NCBI GenBank assembly: GCA_964016885.1
Contig: OZ024743.1
Span: 348,502,001-348,566,000 of the forward strand
Length of the DNA: 64,000 nt
Source of the DNA: Eledone cirrhosa
Lineage: Eukaryota
Direction of reading: 5' to 3'
The translations under genes and the position numbers were made by a program. Below the pieces are notes generated by a model. That model saw only the letters and a program-made list of their open reading frames with translations. It did no database searches and was not told the DNA's origin. Positions 1 to 13,785 of this stretch are shown in pieces (within the stretch, counting starts at the first letter, position 1; every line of letters begins with the position of its first letter).

Positions 1-15
1 CCTCGGAGAAATGGA

Positions 16-59
16 AAAAGATGAGTGTTGCCGTACATGTACGGCAACACTCATCTTTT
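16..59. repeat. Perfect 44-bp palindrome
   Basis: aaaagatgagtgttgccgtaca|tgtacggcaacactcatctttt, no spacer. Confidence 0.95.
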
Positions 60-105
60 ATTTAGTCTAAAATACGGTGAAAGCTTATAATTTCTAATTT
101 CTAAT

Positions 106-140
<35 letters not shown>

Positions 141-222
141 AAAGTTTTATTTAAAATGGTTGGGATACAACAAGTAAATATTTTATAACTGATATAAAGC
201 ACTCGACAAGTTTTTGGAGTAG

Positions 223-582
223 ATATACGATATTAAATAAATGGAAACTATATTTATAAAACCATATTTATTTCATTATACATATTTCAGGGATACCAAA
301 TTAAAATATGGCATGCCTTCGTCAGATAAAATACAATATATAAACAGTTTTATAAATAATTTTGACGTACCCTATTAGAAGCGACCATTATTTTTGGAAG
401 ACAGCTTCCAAAAATAATGGTCGCTTCTAATAGGGTACGTCAAAATTATTTATAAAACTGTTTATATATTGTATTTTATCTGACGAAGGCATGCCATATT
501 TTAATTTGGTATCCCTGAAATATGTATAATGAAATAAATATGGTTTTATAAATATAGTTTCCATTTATTTACTATCGTATAT
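223..582. repeat. 360-bp near-perfect palindrome (178-bp arms, 4-nt loop) of a hammerhead-bearing repeat
   Basis: Arms pair around loop acag (401-404) with one mismatch seen; right end runs into (TA)n; single-arm homolog at ~35898-36045. Confidence 0.95.
472..536 (+). ncRNA. Hammerhead-like motif (type I); mirror copy on the minus strand at 269-333
   Basis: CTGACGA (480-486), stem II agg-c-atgcca/tggtat-c-cct, GAAA (517-520), tatGTA; stem I needs a bulged U; the homolog at ~35945-36005 (-) has CTGAAGA. Confidence 0.6.
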
Positions 583-641
583 ATATATATATGAAGAATT
601 TACGTCTACTGCATTCCATACATTGCACTGATAAACACGCA

Positions 642-737
642 GCTCTAGTAGAATATTCTTTCTCAAGGTACTACGCAGCGGAACTGAACCCAGAACCACA
701 CGACTGCAAAGCGGTCTCTTCAACCATACACCCATGC
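642..737 (-). mobile_element. Degenerate tRNA-derived SINE head
   Basis: Reverse strand reads gggtgtatggttgaagag...gggttcagttccgctgcgtagtaccttg (A/B-box-like). Confidence 0.45.
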
Positions 738-1593
738 TTAAGAATATATTTATATATTTGTTTATTTGTTCATGCCGTGTAGTTCACCTGCGAGATCACA
801 TATGAATGGAAATAGTCTATGTTTAATTAGCCATCACTACATTAACAAATATATATATTTTTCGCCTGACACTCTTAACGATTCTGTATACTCGTATATG
901 ATGATAAACACATGCATATATACACATAAGACTTTTACACCACTCTCGTATATACATACGTACAAATGCTCACACACACACAAATGCTCACACACACACA
1001 CACAAATATACACACTCACAGACATGCCCACACATAGGCACATAAGCACTTAGACATACAATCGCAAGAGGCATATACACATACACATACACGCAACCAT
1101 ACATACATAGGTATATATATACGCGCAAACACATAAACTCACAGGCATACATACACACAATGTTACAGATACAATAATACTCAAATATCACTGTTTCCGT
1201 GAATAGGGGTGTGGTTGAACGTACATAGGATTTAATAAGACATATGTATATACCTGTTGCTGATGTTTTACAATATGTGAATTTCGTTATTAAGAGCTTA
1301 GTAATTCGGTCACGGTTACATGCACCAATGTCAGGGTACGAACATACTACCTACGTCTTGGATAGTAAAGCCTAAAAACGACAAATTTAATCTTTCACAA
1401 ATAAACACACATATACGAACAAAATAACACATGCACGTGCGCGCACACACCCACCCACAGAGACGAATACACATAATCACACACAAAGACAGACTAATAC
1501 ACATAATCAGAGACATATATAAATATATATATATAAATATATATATATATAAATATATATATCTATATCTATATATATATATAAAACTGATGT

Positions 1594-1628
<35 letters not shown>

Positions 1629-1829
1629 TCATTTTTGCAAAGTCTATACAAATCCACATTTCTACTCCGATTGACTTCAAACTTGCATTTATATATTCGT
1701 TGCCGTCTAAAGATATTAACTGCAGCTTTTATTTTTCAATTTTCTGTTGTTAACCGGATGTTAGGTGCCGGTTATCTATCTCCGTCGCGCCATTTTATAT
1801 CTCTCTGTATTACGACATTCTGACGAATA

Positions 1830-2035
1830 TTGATGACGTATTATGTTCGTTATTATCCGTTCATTGCCAGCGAACGTCTCCACGAACCAAAGTATCGTCT
1901 TCCTCTTTTCCTTCGGTTTCAACGTTTTTGGAAATATTTACTTCTGCGTTCACAGATTGATGTTTTTAGTTTCAGAAGATCCCGTTAAGCGTGAAAGCAA
2001 CGATTCTTTGCTTAAACTTTAATCTGTTATTTTAA
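1830..2035 (+). mobile_element. Solo pLTR of the Naiad-type Penelope-like family, with hammerhead-like motif at 1968-2018
   Basis: Closely similar to 15720-15910, 50165-50340 (-) and 51730-51910. Confidence 0.8.
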
Positions 2036-2412
2036 TCTATATATGTATATATATAAAACTGAGGAATGATGTATGTATGTGTGTATGTGTGTATGTGTGT
2101 ATGTGTTTGTGTGTGTGTGTGAAACCCGAGAAGTAGCCAACCGATCTTTTTCAAACTTTACATGTGTATTACTTATATTTCAATGAGTGTTATGCACATA
2201 ACATTCTCTTTCTTGATCCCCTAGAGCGCGCATTATGTGAAAACAGCCTTTTTCCTTCTTCATCGAGGAAAACTTTAGATTATCCAGCCATCAGAGTTTT
2301 CGGTTTATTTTCTTTACATATTGTCCAGGCATGCAGTTTTTTCACACTTAGGTCTGTTGGCGGTCCGCGTTCCAAAATACATAATCCCGTGCAACGCCGC
2401 GTACCACTGCTA

Positions 2413-2413
<1 letters not shown>
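2036..2413 (+). mobile_element. Non-autonomous Helitron
   Basis: 5' TCTATAT...ATATAAAACTGAG, internal (TG)n, subterminal cccgtgcaacgccgcg, 3' CTAG, inserted between A and T; related 5' ends at ~1567 and 10564. Confidence 0.75.
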
Positions 2414-2456
<43 letters not shown>

Positions 2457-2579
2457 CAATATGTAGAAAAGATAACACACCAGAGAGAGAGATAGCGCAT
2501 TATCAGTCAAACAGGGAACAATCACCAGAGTATGGAATATATAGCCCATGGGCTATATATATATATATATATATATATG

Positions 2580-2666
<87 letters not shown>

Positions 2667-2706
2667 AAATAAACAAAGAAGCCTTCAATACATCAAACAT
2701 CTTTAT

Positions 2707-2751
2707 TTGCTGACAGTGTTTCGTCCCATTAACCAGGACTCATCAGAGCAA
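2707..2751 (-). ncRNA. Minimal type I hammerhead ribozyme, canonical core
   Basis: Minus strand: ttgct CTGATGA gtcc tggttaatg ggac GAAA cact GTC agcaa; stems I and II perfect. Confidence 0.85.
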
Positions 2752-3487
2752 GGAAAAAGACAAGAGGTATTAACGGCCAGAACAGGCCAAAACTCAGAAG
2801 ACATGGAATGGATATTTATGAAAATTTGGGAGAATTATCATGGAAAGACATGCTAAACCTAATATGGTGCATTTAAATAAAGGCTATAGGGCAATAGAGC
2901 AAGCAAGACATTAAATATTAAACAAACCCACGTTAAAAGTACAATATAAGTCTAATACTTGAAATACAACATAGTAATACAATGTGAGAATTATAATACA
3001 ATATACAATACCATACAATAGATAATACAGAAATAAAACTTAATATACATATATATATATATCCACACTCACTCTAACACATATACATACACATTTACAC
3101 ATACACATAATAACACAAATATAAATATAAATAAAAGCATTATAATAGAATAATCACCCTGACGGTGTGATTAAACAATACCAAAATCAATGAAAATAAT
3201 ATATTGACGTTAAAAAAATATATAAAAATACATCCTATGTATCATTTACAGTCAACAAATTGTGTATAAAAGTATAAAGTATTTCACAGGGTAAAAAAAT
3301 AATAATACCATATAATATTTAAAAGTATGGTGAAAAAAATATAAATATAAATAAATATATATAATAGACAATAAATATACGGAGATATAGGCAGTTCAAA
3401 TCCATATAATATTACATATCAGTATTTCAATACCGGACACATACTAATAATTCAATTACATATAATACAATATAATCTATTAATATT

Positions 3488-3670
3488 AATTGTTTCTACT
3501 TTAGGCACAAGGCCAGCAATTACCCAGTGCATTACTAGTACTTTATTTTATCGACCCCGTAAGGATGAAAGGCAAAGTCAACCTCGGCGGAATTTGAACT
3601 CAGATCGTAAAGGGACGTAACTATGCTGGAAAGCATGGCGTCCGACCCTCTACTGATACTGCCAATCCCC
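3488..3670 (-). mobile_element. tRNA-derived SINE family A (Meta/MESC-like central domain)
   Basis: Reverse complement of gagttcaaattccgccgaggttgactttgcctttcatccttacggggtcgataaaataaagtac; 7 or more copies in the window. Confidence 0.85.
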
Positions 3671-3824
3671 AATATTAATATTTCAAAAGCAGACACACAA
3701 TATCAAGGGAAAAAGCTTCGGCTCTGTTGGATAACATTGAGCTATATCCTATACTGTCTTTTCCCTAATACGACGAGTGTGTTTAACCCCAATGCACTCA
3801 TGTATTCTAATCTTATATATATAC

Positions 3825-3890
<66 letters not shown>

Positions 3891-4078
3891 TGCTTAAACT
3901 TTAATCTTTTATATATATATATATATATATATACTCTTATATGTGTTCCAGGCATCAGGCTGAGGTCAGGCTGCAGCACCGCTCTTATATATATTGATTT
4001 ATACAATTAACTGTCTCTAATACGTAGACATCTCAATGAAAGGATAAGATATATTAATAAATTATCTACCACTGAGGG

Positions 4079-4147
<69 letters not shown>

Positions 4148-4589
4148 TATATATATACATATATATATACTTACATACATACCTTTTCATGGCCTCTCTC
4201 AGAAAACATTTACTATTTGCACATATTGCAATTGATAATACAATATACTACAATGAACGGAAATAAAATTAGGCAAATTAGCATGTCAGGCTCGCTCGCT
4301 CTAAAATATCTGATAGGTATATAACGCATATAGCTGCGTGTTTCTTCGTGTATTGTGAAAGATATAGGCATTTTATGATGATGATCCAACCAGAGTTCAA
4401 AACATTAGTCAAGCTGTCGATCATTTTAATCTGCGGGAAAATGTGTAAAGAGGACTTGCTTAATATAGGAAAATAAATGCGTGTTTACATGTTCATTTCT
4501 TACACCTTCGATTAAAACCTGTATCGTCTTTTACAGATAAGAAATAATAATATATTTCAGCTGCTTACCTGACATTATAATATGTATTT

Positions 4590-4800
4590 AGCGTGGAGGA
4601 ATGCATGACTGTGTGGTTAAGATGTTCACCATAGCGGCTGTACCGTACCTGTATTTCAAAGGTTCCGCCTAGTCAATTATTCCTTTATGCTGACACGGCT
4701 TTAAGAGTAGACGTGCTTTTAAAATATTTAACCATTTACACGTTAATTTATGAACTGGAGGTTCTGTTGATCGAAGAATTGAATTTTTGTCGCCGACTCA
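4590..4800 (+). mobile_element. Degenerate SINE (family B-related)
   Basis: ggaatgcatgactgtgtggttaag head; body resembles 23120-23355. Confidence 0.4.
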
Positions 4801-4859
4801 GTGGAGAAAGTATCATAAATAGGGCACTAATCTGCTTGTAGTGCCTCGTTAATCTCCGA

Positions 4860-6590
4860 GTTACGCACTTTATCGAGTAATGTTACTTCAAAGATTCTCA
4901 GGACGAATGCCATTTTGGCCGCATGTATTTGCGATCGTATTCGTTCGGCCATTACACAAGATTCATGACCATATGGACGATCGCGATTTTGGCCTTTACA
5001 CCTACACCCTTCTTCTGATTACCAATTACTGAAGCTGGCCGATTATTGCATCAGCTCTTACAATGCTTGCAGTTAATTCAGTCTCGTGCCTTTCAACACT
5101 CGTGAAGACGGGCCTGATATATTTGAACTTCTTTACTTGCTTCAGTGGAACTTCATTCACATGTAGAGTGCACTCCACACGCATACTTCAGAGGACGATT
5201 GTCTCAGTTTTTGTAGCAATGATTTTTATTCCTGCTATGCAGCACTCGGCATCAAACCTATCAAGTGCTAGTCGAAGATCATCTTCAGTCGAGTTAAGTA
5301 ACACTATATGACCTGAAAATTTAAGCTGATTGATTTTACATCCACCATTCATGATACCACTTTCAAACAGGCTGAAGTTAAAACCGGCTGAAATTCACGT
5401 AAATAAAGAATAGGAGAGGTGACAGTACGTACCCTTGCATGAAACCGACTCCTACACAAAGCGGTTTCGATTTAGCACCATTTAACCGAACACACATACT
5501 CAGCAATTGTAATCGAGACATCAGGACATCAATAAGCAGACCATCAATCCCATATATCTGCACAGCCTTCCAGGGCAGATCCCGAGGAACGCAGTCATAT
5601 GCCTTGTTGAGATCGACAATACAAGAATATTCTTCTTGAAAATACTCCCACAACATCGCCAATACCTGCCACAGTGTGAATATTTGGTCGGCTGTGCTGC
5701 GTCCGGGGCGAAATCTACACTGTTCATTAACTAGTGTGAACTCTACAATATCCCTGCATCCAATTTGCCAGACACTTAGCATAGGCATCACCGGGAAGCT
5801 TAACAAGGAGATCCCTCTGTAATTGGAACAATCTCTCTTGTCTCGCTTTTTGAAAATTGATATTAACACTCACGGTTGCCATTTATTAGGTGCCTTCTAA
5901 GAGATACAGGCCACCCGACATACAGGTTTCAGCCAGAGAAAATGTTCTCTATTTTACACTCTTCACATCTCGGACCGGATTTTATCTTCCCGAGTGGTTT
6001 TGCCACTTTTGAGATCTTTACTGCTCTTGTGACCTCAGACTCTGAGAGATTAATCAACGCTCCCATATGCACCTCGTGTACATCCGAAGATGCTGTTGTG
6101 GTTTAGAAGATCAGCCAATTATCCTCTCTACCTCACGCGTTCGCACATCTCTGAAGAGAGCCGAATCCCAGATGCGTTCTTGATATCAGTTGTGGAAGAG
6201 GGCTTCTTATTACGAAGTAGTTTGGATGGTCTGCTTGAACACACTTTATTTGCTGATCTTAAATCAGATTCCAGCTTGTTTTTACCGCAAGTGCAAGAAG
6301 AAGGACTTATTTGAAAGTCTAACTTTGTAAGCCCCCTCTTTGCTCAGATTGTATGTTTGACCTCTTGATTGCACCAATGCGTCTTCTAGCCATCCGGCGC
6401 CACACCAACCCGCTTTCACCCGTAGCATTTAACAGCTGAAACAAAAAAAATGATTTGTTGAACAATCTCCACTCAGTCTCAGCCTCCTCAGTTTTCTCAA
6501 GGAGTCCTTTGAATTTGGTTCCAATAGTAGCTGTACATCTGGTCCTGACTTCCTTATTCACCAATGCTTCCCACTTAATCAATATTAATT
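4860..6590 (-). pseudogene. Decayed RTE-clade LINE reverse transcriptase region
   Basis: IFKKRDKRDCSNYRGISLLS, EQCRFRPGRSTADQIF, VDLNKAYD, GFMQGYVLSPLLF, KFKYI motifs; FADD degenerate; frameshifts. Confidence 0.85.
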
Positions 6591-6703
6591 ATTGATCTAT
6601 GTCCCCGATTCCCCTTATACAATGTGAATGTTTCTCTCCCCTTTTCTTTCTATATAGTTATATACAATCTCTCTCTCTCTCTCATTCTCTCTCTCTCTCT
6701 CTC

Positions 6704-6777
<74 letters not shown>

Positions 6778-6882
6778 TCTCTGTATATATATATATATAT
6801 ACATACATACATACTTACATTTAAGTACCAGCCGTACTAAGAGTGAGAAAGGAAATTTCGTTTCATTCTTTTCCATTTTTAC

Positions 6883-7045
<163 letters not shown>

Positions 7046-7167
7046 CTACCGGTGGAACAAAAAGTATGAAGTTGTTCATCTACCACGTGGTATTTTTTTG
7101 AGGCTCTTTACTTGTGAACAAAGCGAATATTAATGATATTATTATGACATCATTACTATTATTATAG

Positions 7168-7510
7168 AGTGAAGGCGTATTGCTTAGCGGTTAGAGCATT
7201 GGGCTTGCAATCGAAAGGTTGTGAGTTCAATTTTCGGACCGGGTGATGTGTTGTTTCCTTGAGCAAAACACTTTATTTCACGTTGCTCCAGTATACTTAG
7301 CTGTAGAAATGAGTTGCGACGTCACTGGTGCCAAGCTGTATCGAACATTGCCTTTCCCTTGGACCTGATCGGTGGCGTGGAGAGGAGAGACTGGCATGCA
7401 TAGGCGACTATTGGTCTTCCACAAACAATCTTGCCTGGACTTGTGCCTCTGACGAAAACTTTCTAGGTGCAAATCCCATGGTCATTCGTGACCGAAGGGG
7501 GTTTTACCAT
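7168..7510 (+). mobile_element. tRNA-derived SINE family B
   Basis: A box gcttagcggttagagc, B box gagttcaattt, then ccttgagcaaaacactttatttcacgttgctcca; homologs at 34155, 36890 and 23120. Confidence 0.8.
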
Positions 7511-7528
7511 TTTACTATTATGCACTCA

Positions 7529-7800
7529 AGGGCGGTGATTTGGCAATATCGGTAGAAGGTCGGACATGTTGCATTGGTAGAGATTCGGATGTGTTGCATC
7601 GGTAGAGTTTCGGACGCCATGCTTTGCAGCATAGAGTTACGGCCTTTTATGATCTGAGTTCAAATCCCGCCGACATTAAATTTGCCTTTCATCCTTACGG
7701 GGTCGATAAAATAAAGTACCAATCACACACTGGGATCTATTTAATAGACTTCCCCCTCCCCCAAATTGCTGGCCTTGTGCCTATATCAGAAAATATTATG
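7529..7800 (+). mobile_element. SINE family A with triplicated ~24-bp head segment
   Basis: atcggtagaaggtcggacatgttgc occurs three times imperfectly, then the standard body. Confidence 0.85.
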
Positions 7801-8002
7801 ATTATTCATTCACGAATACACTTAGATATTCACCGTGTTAAGAGCGAAAACATATTTTGTTTTTTTAATCTTCGGCAAGGCTAGCAGTAAAATCGCTCGA
7901 TATGCATATGAGGTATGCAAATGAAGGTAATCAGTCGATGTATATATTTAAGAATACTATGTATTCTCAGTATTTCCAGACGGTATCTAACGAGCAGAAT
8001 AC

Positions 8003-8048
8003 ACAATCTTGACACGGAGCAATACACTCCGAAACAATTGTCAATTGT
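8003..8048 (+). ncRNA. Degenerate hammerhead-like motif
   Basis: stem II ggag-caataca-ctcc, GAAA, palindromic caattg, TC, stem I acaat/attgt; 5' core degenerate (ttgacac). Confidence 0.4.
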
Positions 8049-8324
8049 CAATTGTTTTCCTTCAGATATCGCTGAAACTAAAGTATGAAGTTGTTCACCT
8101 AAAATATTGTGTTCGTATGAGGGGGTTTACTTGTAAACAAACCGAATTTTAGTAATATTATGATATTATAATATTATTATTATTCACTCAAGAATACACT
8201 ATATACATATGTATATTTCATATGAAATGTGTGTGTGTGTCCATGTGTGTGTGTGATGACTTAATATATGATCTTGTTTACATTACATAGATATGAGTGG
8301 AAACACACATTTGTGTATGAATAT

Positions 8325-8406
<82 letters not shown>

Positions 8407-8979
8407 CATCTTTGTGTGTTCGTGCCTGTGTGTGTGTTTGTGACTGTTTATGTGTGTGTGTGCACTGTAGAATGAAGAAATTTGCAATGCAATCATGCAT
8501 GATGTTTAATATACCATTTCATAGCAAATTACTTGAGATACATCTTGAACACAATTACAGTGAGTGAATGTACGTGTGTGTTGTTTTACATACCAGCTCT
8601 GTAAAACGTGTTTGTTGTCCGAATGTCCCAACCTATAGGGAGATGTTCGGGTGGTAAGTTAATGATGGTGTTGGAGCTGAAGATTGTAGTGGTAATGTTG
8701 GCTTAGCTGAGAATATGATTTTCTTATTTCTGTTCGAGTAATTTCTTAAGCTAAGCACTAAAACTGAAATTTGAATGTTAACATCTACTTATGAATATAC
8801 CTGCTTTTGACTACCTATGGACTTCTGTTCTTCCCAATAATCATTGAATAATCATTGAATAATCATTGAATATAATAATATAATAGTTATTGATATTCCG
8901 CCCTTTTCCTGCAGATATATGAAAGAGGTGTTCATATCGAGACAACAGTTAAACTTATTATCGAGCACTACACCATTAA

Positions 8980-9170
8980 TGTTAGTTTGTCAGAATCGTT
9001 AATGTGTCGGACAAAATGGTATGCGACATTTCATCACGCCTTCTCAAATTCTCATCAAGCTCCATTTCGCCTTTAATTTTGAAGGAATTGATAAAATAAT
9101 TTTCCCGTGAAATATTGAGATAATTTAAATCGAATTTTCCTTCACTGCAAAATTGCAGGTCTTATATCAG
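8980..9170 (+). mobile_element. Old SINE family A copy
   Basis: cagaatcgttaatgtgtcggacaaaatg...ttcgcctttaattttgaaggaattgataaaat. Confidence 0.5.
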
Positions 9171-10563
9171 AAGTAGAAACCATTCATCTAGGACTAATTT
9201 GACTGTGGTTTCTAGTAGTTCTAGCGAACACGCCAAATCTTTCTTGCATATTGTAATGTAATATTTAATTACATGTTTATCAAGCAGATCTGTAAAATTC
9301 TCAGTTGTCGGAATAATTGTTAGAAATAGGTGAGAAATTACTCTGAATTCAACCATGAAAATGAAAAGCCATGGTACATGATGCATGAATAGAGGGACTG
9401 TGGTTATGTTTGAAATACGTTTGATTGACGAATAATATTTTACGGATCGCAATTCATAGTAAGATATTATCAAGTCTGTCAATGTGATTAGATACTGCTA
9501 ATAGATAAAATCAGCTGCGATGTGTCTCAGTTATGAGCAGTAACGAAGGTGAAAGACCACCGACACAATTTAAAATTACTTTTTTCCCTAAAATTTCGAG
9601 AGCCAGAGATTCGCTCATTCACATACCTCTATACATACAAAAACAGTTACACATATATACTATGTTGGTATATATTTTTACAACCTATATATCGTGAGAT
9701 TTATATCGAATGGTAATAATATTCGATTCGTTTGCAAGCAATTGCCTCACTATGTTATATTGTTTAGATGACCATCGCCATCCATTGGTTCTAGTGGTGA
9801 CAGAGAGAAACAATCGACAATATTGTTTCTCGGTAATGGTTCTTGTCAAGATGTTGTATCTCCCCTCTGTCACTTGCAAACGAAACGAATATTATTATAT
9901 TTCGATATAATATTCACGAATGCATTTCCATATCCGCTAGGTTAGAGCAAAAAGCCAAGTCTACTTTTGTTTTGAACCTATATATATTTTTTTTGTATCT
10001 ATCTAGCAATCTCTCTCTCTCTTATATATACATATATAAACACACACACACACACGCACACACACGCACACACACTCATATATACAGATATACATGAAAA
10101 TAAAAGTTAATTAGTCTCTAATACTTAAACATCTCATTGAATGTATAAAATATATACATAAAATATCAATCAGAGAAGCAATATTTAAGTGAAAAAACCT
10201 ATTTACGGGAGCATAAGTCTGACGGAAGCAAACATTTGTTATTCAATCCCACTAATATAACGATCTCCCTACCATGGTTTCATTTGAGGAAGAAGAAATT
10301 ATTAAAAATGACCAACATTTGAAGAATCCGTATATTTATCAGTGGAATTATTCTTCAATATATAGTTTCAATATATAGCCTCTTGGAATTGAAGAATAAC
10401 TCTCCTGATGATAGATAGATATATATTTATGTCACACCAGCAGTCTGACAAGCAGATCGATACTGGGGTTGGGTCCATAAGTTCTATGGGTTACGCGCGT
10501 AACAGGTCGATACACAATAAATATATTTTATATGTAAACGAATCTTCCTCCTTTTTTCTATTA

Positions 10564-11000
10564 TCTATATATATAAAACTGAGGATGTATGTTGTGTGTG
10601 TGTGTATGTGAGTTTGAATCCCTAACACTTGAGAACCACCCAACCGAGTGTTTTCAAACTTTACACATGTAATACTTATGTTTCAGGGAGTGTTCTGAAC
10701 AAAATGAATTTCAATTTTCAATGACCTAGGGACCGCATTAGGCGATTTAGTGATCTCTCTCTATAATTCTTAGTCTTTCTATTTTTATATAGATACATAC
10801 ATATAACGTCGCGCCCTTATAATATCTGTCTGTATGTCTGGCTGTCTGCATTACGTCACTTCCCTGAGGATGTCTGTCTGTGTGTGTGTGTCTGTAAGTT
10901 TGAATCCCTAAAACTCGAGAAGTACCCAACCGATCTTTTTCAAGCTTTACATGTGTATTACTTGTGTCAGGGAGTGATATGCACATAAAAATGAACATTT
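10564..11000 (+). mobile_element. Non-autonomous Helitron fragments (internally duplicated, no 3' CTAG seen)
   Basis: tctatatatataaaactgagg start; gagaa..cccaaccga...tttcaa.ctttacatgt block present twice; homologous to 2036-2413. Confidence 0.65.
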
Positions 11001-12321
11001 TGTCACAGTCAGTAAATGTGCTCAATACATTAGTAGAGTGTAACCATCATGTAGAATCCATTTCTATGTTAGATATGATATATATATGTCGTTCATAGAA
11101 AATGTAACAAAGAGTTGTAAATATTTAAATAGCTTCGAAAAAGGGTAGAGACACCTTATAGATGGGTACATCGGCACATATTAGGGTGGATTGCTGGAGT
11201 GGAAACCTAGCGATCTCTGATGAATATTTTATAGAAGACAAAAGGTTGTGTCCATTCCATAATTCAGTTCTACCAATTGGATATTTTTCTTGCTGTACAT
11301 ATATATGTATATATACGTTTACGTTTACGGAATGGAAATGTTCAGACTTTGTCGGTACATAATGATGTTATTTATGTTTTTTTTAATAGATTCTGAGGAG
11401 ATCAGTACCGTGGAAAATTGGAATTTCATACTCTATTTATAGTACTGTTTGTAATGGAAAAATGTAAGGAGTGGGACATAGAAATAGGAGATAAAAGTGA
11501 ATGGGAGGCAAGATTAAAGGAAGAAAGGAAAAAGTAGGTGAAAAGGGAATAGAGGTTGTTAGTAACATGTACCGAATGGAGTTGATCCCAATCATAATAA
11601 AGTAAAATAAAATAAGCTAAAATTGTGATTTCAAAGAGCAAAGAAAAAATGTAAATAAAAGGAAATAAAAATATAATGTTGGGGTACAAAATTTATTATA
11701 AATGTAAATATAAAATCAAATACATTCACTAATAAATAGTAAAACGTGAAAATGAAATGGAATATAAATAATGATAAAATATAAAACATTAGAGAGATAA
11801 AAATAAATATAAATGAAATAAATATAAATTATATAATATTAGACAGTAAAATAGTAAAAAGGAAAATAAAGTATAGGTATATATGACAGTAATATAAAGT
11901 AATATGATAATGAGAATAAACAATAAAGACAAAAAACACGTCTGGGGCGTCGATTCGGTTCTTAATCTCTTTGAAGTGGCAGGCTTCAGTTGGATTGTGT
12001 TTTCTAACTCCGGTCATTTAGTTGACCACAGACATGTTTTGTCTTCCTATTCTTTATATTTTTTAGGTATGCCGGTCACACGTTCGGGTACCTTACACAG
12101 ACGCACATATACATAGAGGTTTGTGTATAGACAGGTTAAACACACAGGTGCACACACGTCCATACACATATATACACACACGTGTACAGATAGGCATGGA
12201 CACGGATACGCCAACACACATTCACTTGTGCGGGCATTGATCTAAGGTTAGAAGTGGGATGTGTGTGGCAATGTATTGATAAAAAGTTTAATAAATTGTA
12301 ACATATAATGATAGACTATAA

Positions 12322-12510
12322 TAATTGTTTCTACTTTTGGCACAAGGCCAGCAATTAACCAGTACATTACTGGTACTTTATTTTATCGACTCCGTAAGGA
12401 TGAAAGGCAAAGTTAACTTCGACGGGATTTGAACTCAGATCGTAAAGGGACGTAACTATGCTGGAAAGCATGGTGTCCGACTCTCTACTGATACTGCCAA
12501 TCCACCACCC
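12322..12510 (-). mobile_element. SINE family A
   Basis: Closely similar to 3488-3670. Confidence 0.85.
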
Positions 12511-12854
12511 CTAATAGAATATAATAATGATAATAATATGGTAATAGTGATTAGGTTAGTATAAGTAGAATACTATAATGAGGTTACAATATAATAGTAA
12601 TATTCCCTGGAAGTACTATCGTATATATATATAGTTAATTCATTCGGTCCTGTATTTACCATTGACTGACCAAGTATAGCACAATTTTTTTCGACACACG
12701 ATTTCATATCAAAAACCTCGCAAAACAATTCATCGCTGTCATATATATATTATATATATATTTATATATATATTATATATATATATACATATATATAGAT
12801 ACCTGCTCGGTACGTGTATGTTCTTTGGAGAAATATTCATCTACACACACACAC

Positions 12855-12925
<71 letters not shown>

Positions 12926-12998
12926 TAATATATACATATATATTATATATATATATTATATATATATTATATATATATATTATATATATATATATATA

Positions 12999-13607
12999 TG
13001 TCAGGTCACCAGTTGGTGCTACTGGTAATATGTATCCCAGTACAACCTGTCTCATGGTCGGGTCGTTGGCGACTACACTGGCAACCCACCAAGGTTTCTT
13101 GGTGAAGAGGGTGACTTTGGACATCCTGCAGGACAAAAAGAAAAAACCTGTCAAAGGCCAAAGGAGCTCTTAAGAGTCAATGGCCATCAAAAATCACCAG
13201 GAGAGATGACCCCTTAGCTTTTGTCAAGGCAGAATTCTAGGAGAAGGAAAACTCTGATATAACACCTGCAACCCTGATGGTATCCAATGATGTTGACTTG
13301 TTCTTCTTTTTGGTAAATATCATCTTGGTTAAGAGAGTGGGATTGGCTTTTTGCAGTGCCTTTGCTCACTATAAAAGCTTCACGGCACAGGCATTGCTTT
13401 ATATCTGGAGATCTCTCTACACTTGTCGTCATATGGTAACATGAGCCCAGCACTATGTGTCAATAATTGTCACAAGTGTAGTGTTTGTACCAGAGTTTTC
13501 AAGTCGCTGGCTGGACTAAAACGTCACACTCGTTCAGCGTATCGGTAGGGGTTCTCTTACATGGATATAAAGTAATGGCCGTACTCGAAAACGAGTTGGC
13601 AGCCATC
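12999..13607 (+). mobile_element. ~600-bp non-autonomous RTE-related element with (TATG)n tail
   Basis: Four copies in the window; ggagaaggaaaactctga block (RTE 5'UTR-like); ends gcagccatcatgtatg like the RTE fragment at 32070-32830. Confidence 0.75.
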
Positions 13608-13785
13608 ATGTATGCATGTATGTATGTATGTATGCATGCACGTTTGTATATATGTATGCATGCATGCATGCATGCTTGTATGTATGTATGTATGTATGTA
13701 TGTATGTATGTATGTATGTATGTATGTATGTATGTATGTATGCATGTTTGCATGTATGTATGTATGTATGTATGTATGTATGTAT

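Noticed and set aside
7168-7245. tRNA gene
   Set aside because: A/B boxes are present but there is no clean cloverleaf, and the sequence continues into a dispersed repeat body, so it is a SINE head.
9162-9482. 106-aa ORF, plus the complex blocks at 19700-19930, 24600-25190, 28960-29370 and 45120-45700
   Set aside because: No recognisable domain or splice pattern; probably old transposon debris, but I cannot assign them without a search.
12999-13090. HDV-like ribozyme at the 5' end of the RTE-related element (gg-gtcg-ttgg-cga-ctaa-actgg resembles P4-J4/2-P2)
   Set aside because: I could not build a convincing P1/P3/L3 by eye; a descriptor search on the family consensus is needed.
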